The translations under genes were made by a program, and so were the position numbers. A stretch of DNA of 64,000 nt. Source: Curvularia clavata. Its lineage: Eukaryota. Where the stretch lies: positions 186,001-250,000 of the forward strand of contig CP089278.1 in NCBI GenBank assembly GCA_023920165.1, in the 5' to 3' direction. The notes beneath the pieces are model-generated. The model did not search any database. It worked only from the letters and a program-made list of their open reading frames with translations, and had not been told where the DNA came from. Positions 63,887 through 64,000 of the stretch are shown here, piece by piece (within the stretch, counting starts at the first letter, position 1; each line of letters begins with the position of its first letter).

Positions 63887-63983
63887 GTGCCCCCCGCCCG
63901 CCCGCGCTTGGTGCCCCGGTGTGCCCCGGTGTGCCCCCTCGTTGCCAGATCTGATGGCTATTCATTTGCCCAGCATTATAAAA
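63887..63983 (+). promoter_or_regulatory. GTGCCCCGGT tandem repeat (CreA-like sites) and TATAAAA; probable promoter of a gene beyond the window
   Basis: ccccgc 63892, ccccgg 63914 and 63924 match SYGGRG on the minus strand; TATAAAA at 63977. Confidence 0.4.
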
Positions 63984-64000
63984 GTCGAGCTCGGCTATCA

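Noticed and set aside
1..64000. CRISPR arrays, transposons, RIP-degraded repeats, secondary-metabolite backbone genes, TGA-CTA readthrough signals
   Set aside because: No repeat-spacer arrays, transposase/RT motifs, long AT-rich blocks or PKS/NRPS genes seen; the stop codons I inspected lacked the TGA CTA context.

Overview
Eukaryotic, intron-containing DNA from a filamentous ascomycete (probably a Dothideomycete; inferred from gene content and intron signals only). I can support about 23 protein-coding genes and one intron-containing tRNA-Glu(CTC). There is no CRISPR array, rRNA or recognisable transposon. A conserved housekeeping block (about 4.7-38.3 kb) holds CWC16/Saf4, SUP35, YRB30-like, BSD/DOS2, TSR2, a BAR-PH protein, an AlkB dioxygenase, cdc2, a GH18-UBA fusion, creD, creC, GEM1, ZDS1 and a DUF985 cupin. 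It is flanked by more accessory-looking genes: a HET-domain protein and a small secreted Cys-rich protein on the left; an uncharacterised 851-aa protein, HOT/ADHFE1, a SET protein with a possible signal peptide, a multicopper oxidase, RTA1, a Zn2Cys6 factor, a J-domain protein and a glyoxalase-like protein on the right. The most striking observation is the J-domain protein at 59232-60077. Its disordered N-terminus carries cyclin-docking, NLS, ABBA, D-box and KEN-like motifs plus 16 S/T-P sites, under a promoter with four MCB/SCB-like elements, suggesting a cell-cycle-regulated Hsp70 co-chaperone. Exon boundaries were derived by hand from GT..AG signals and frame continuity; no database searches were run.
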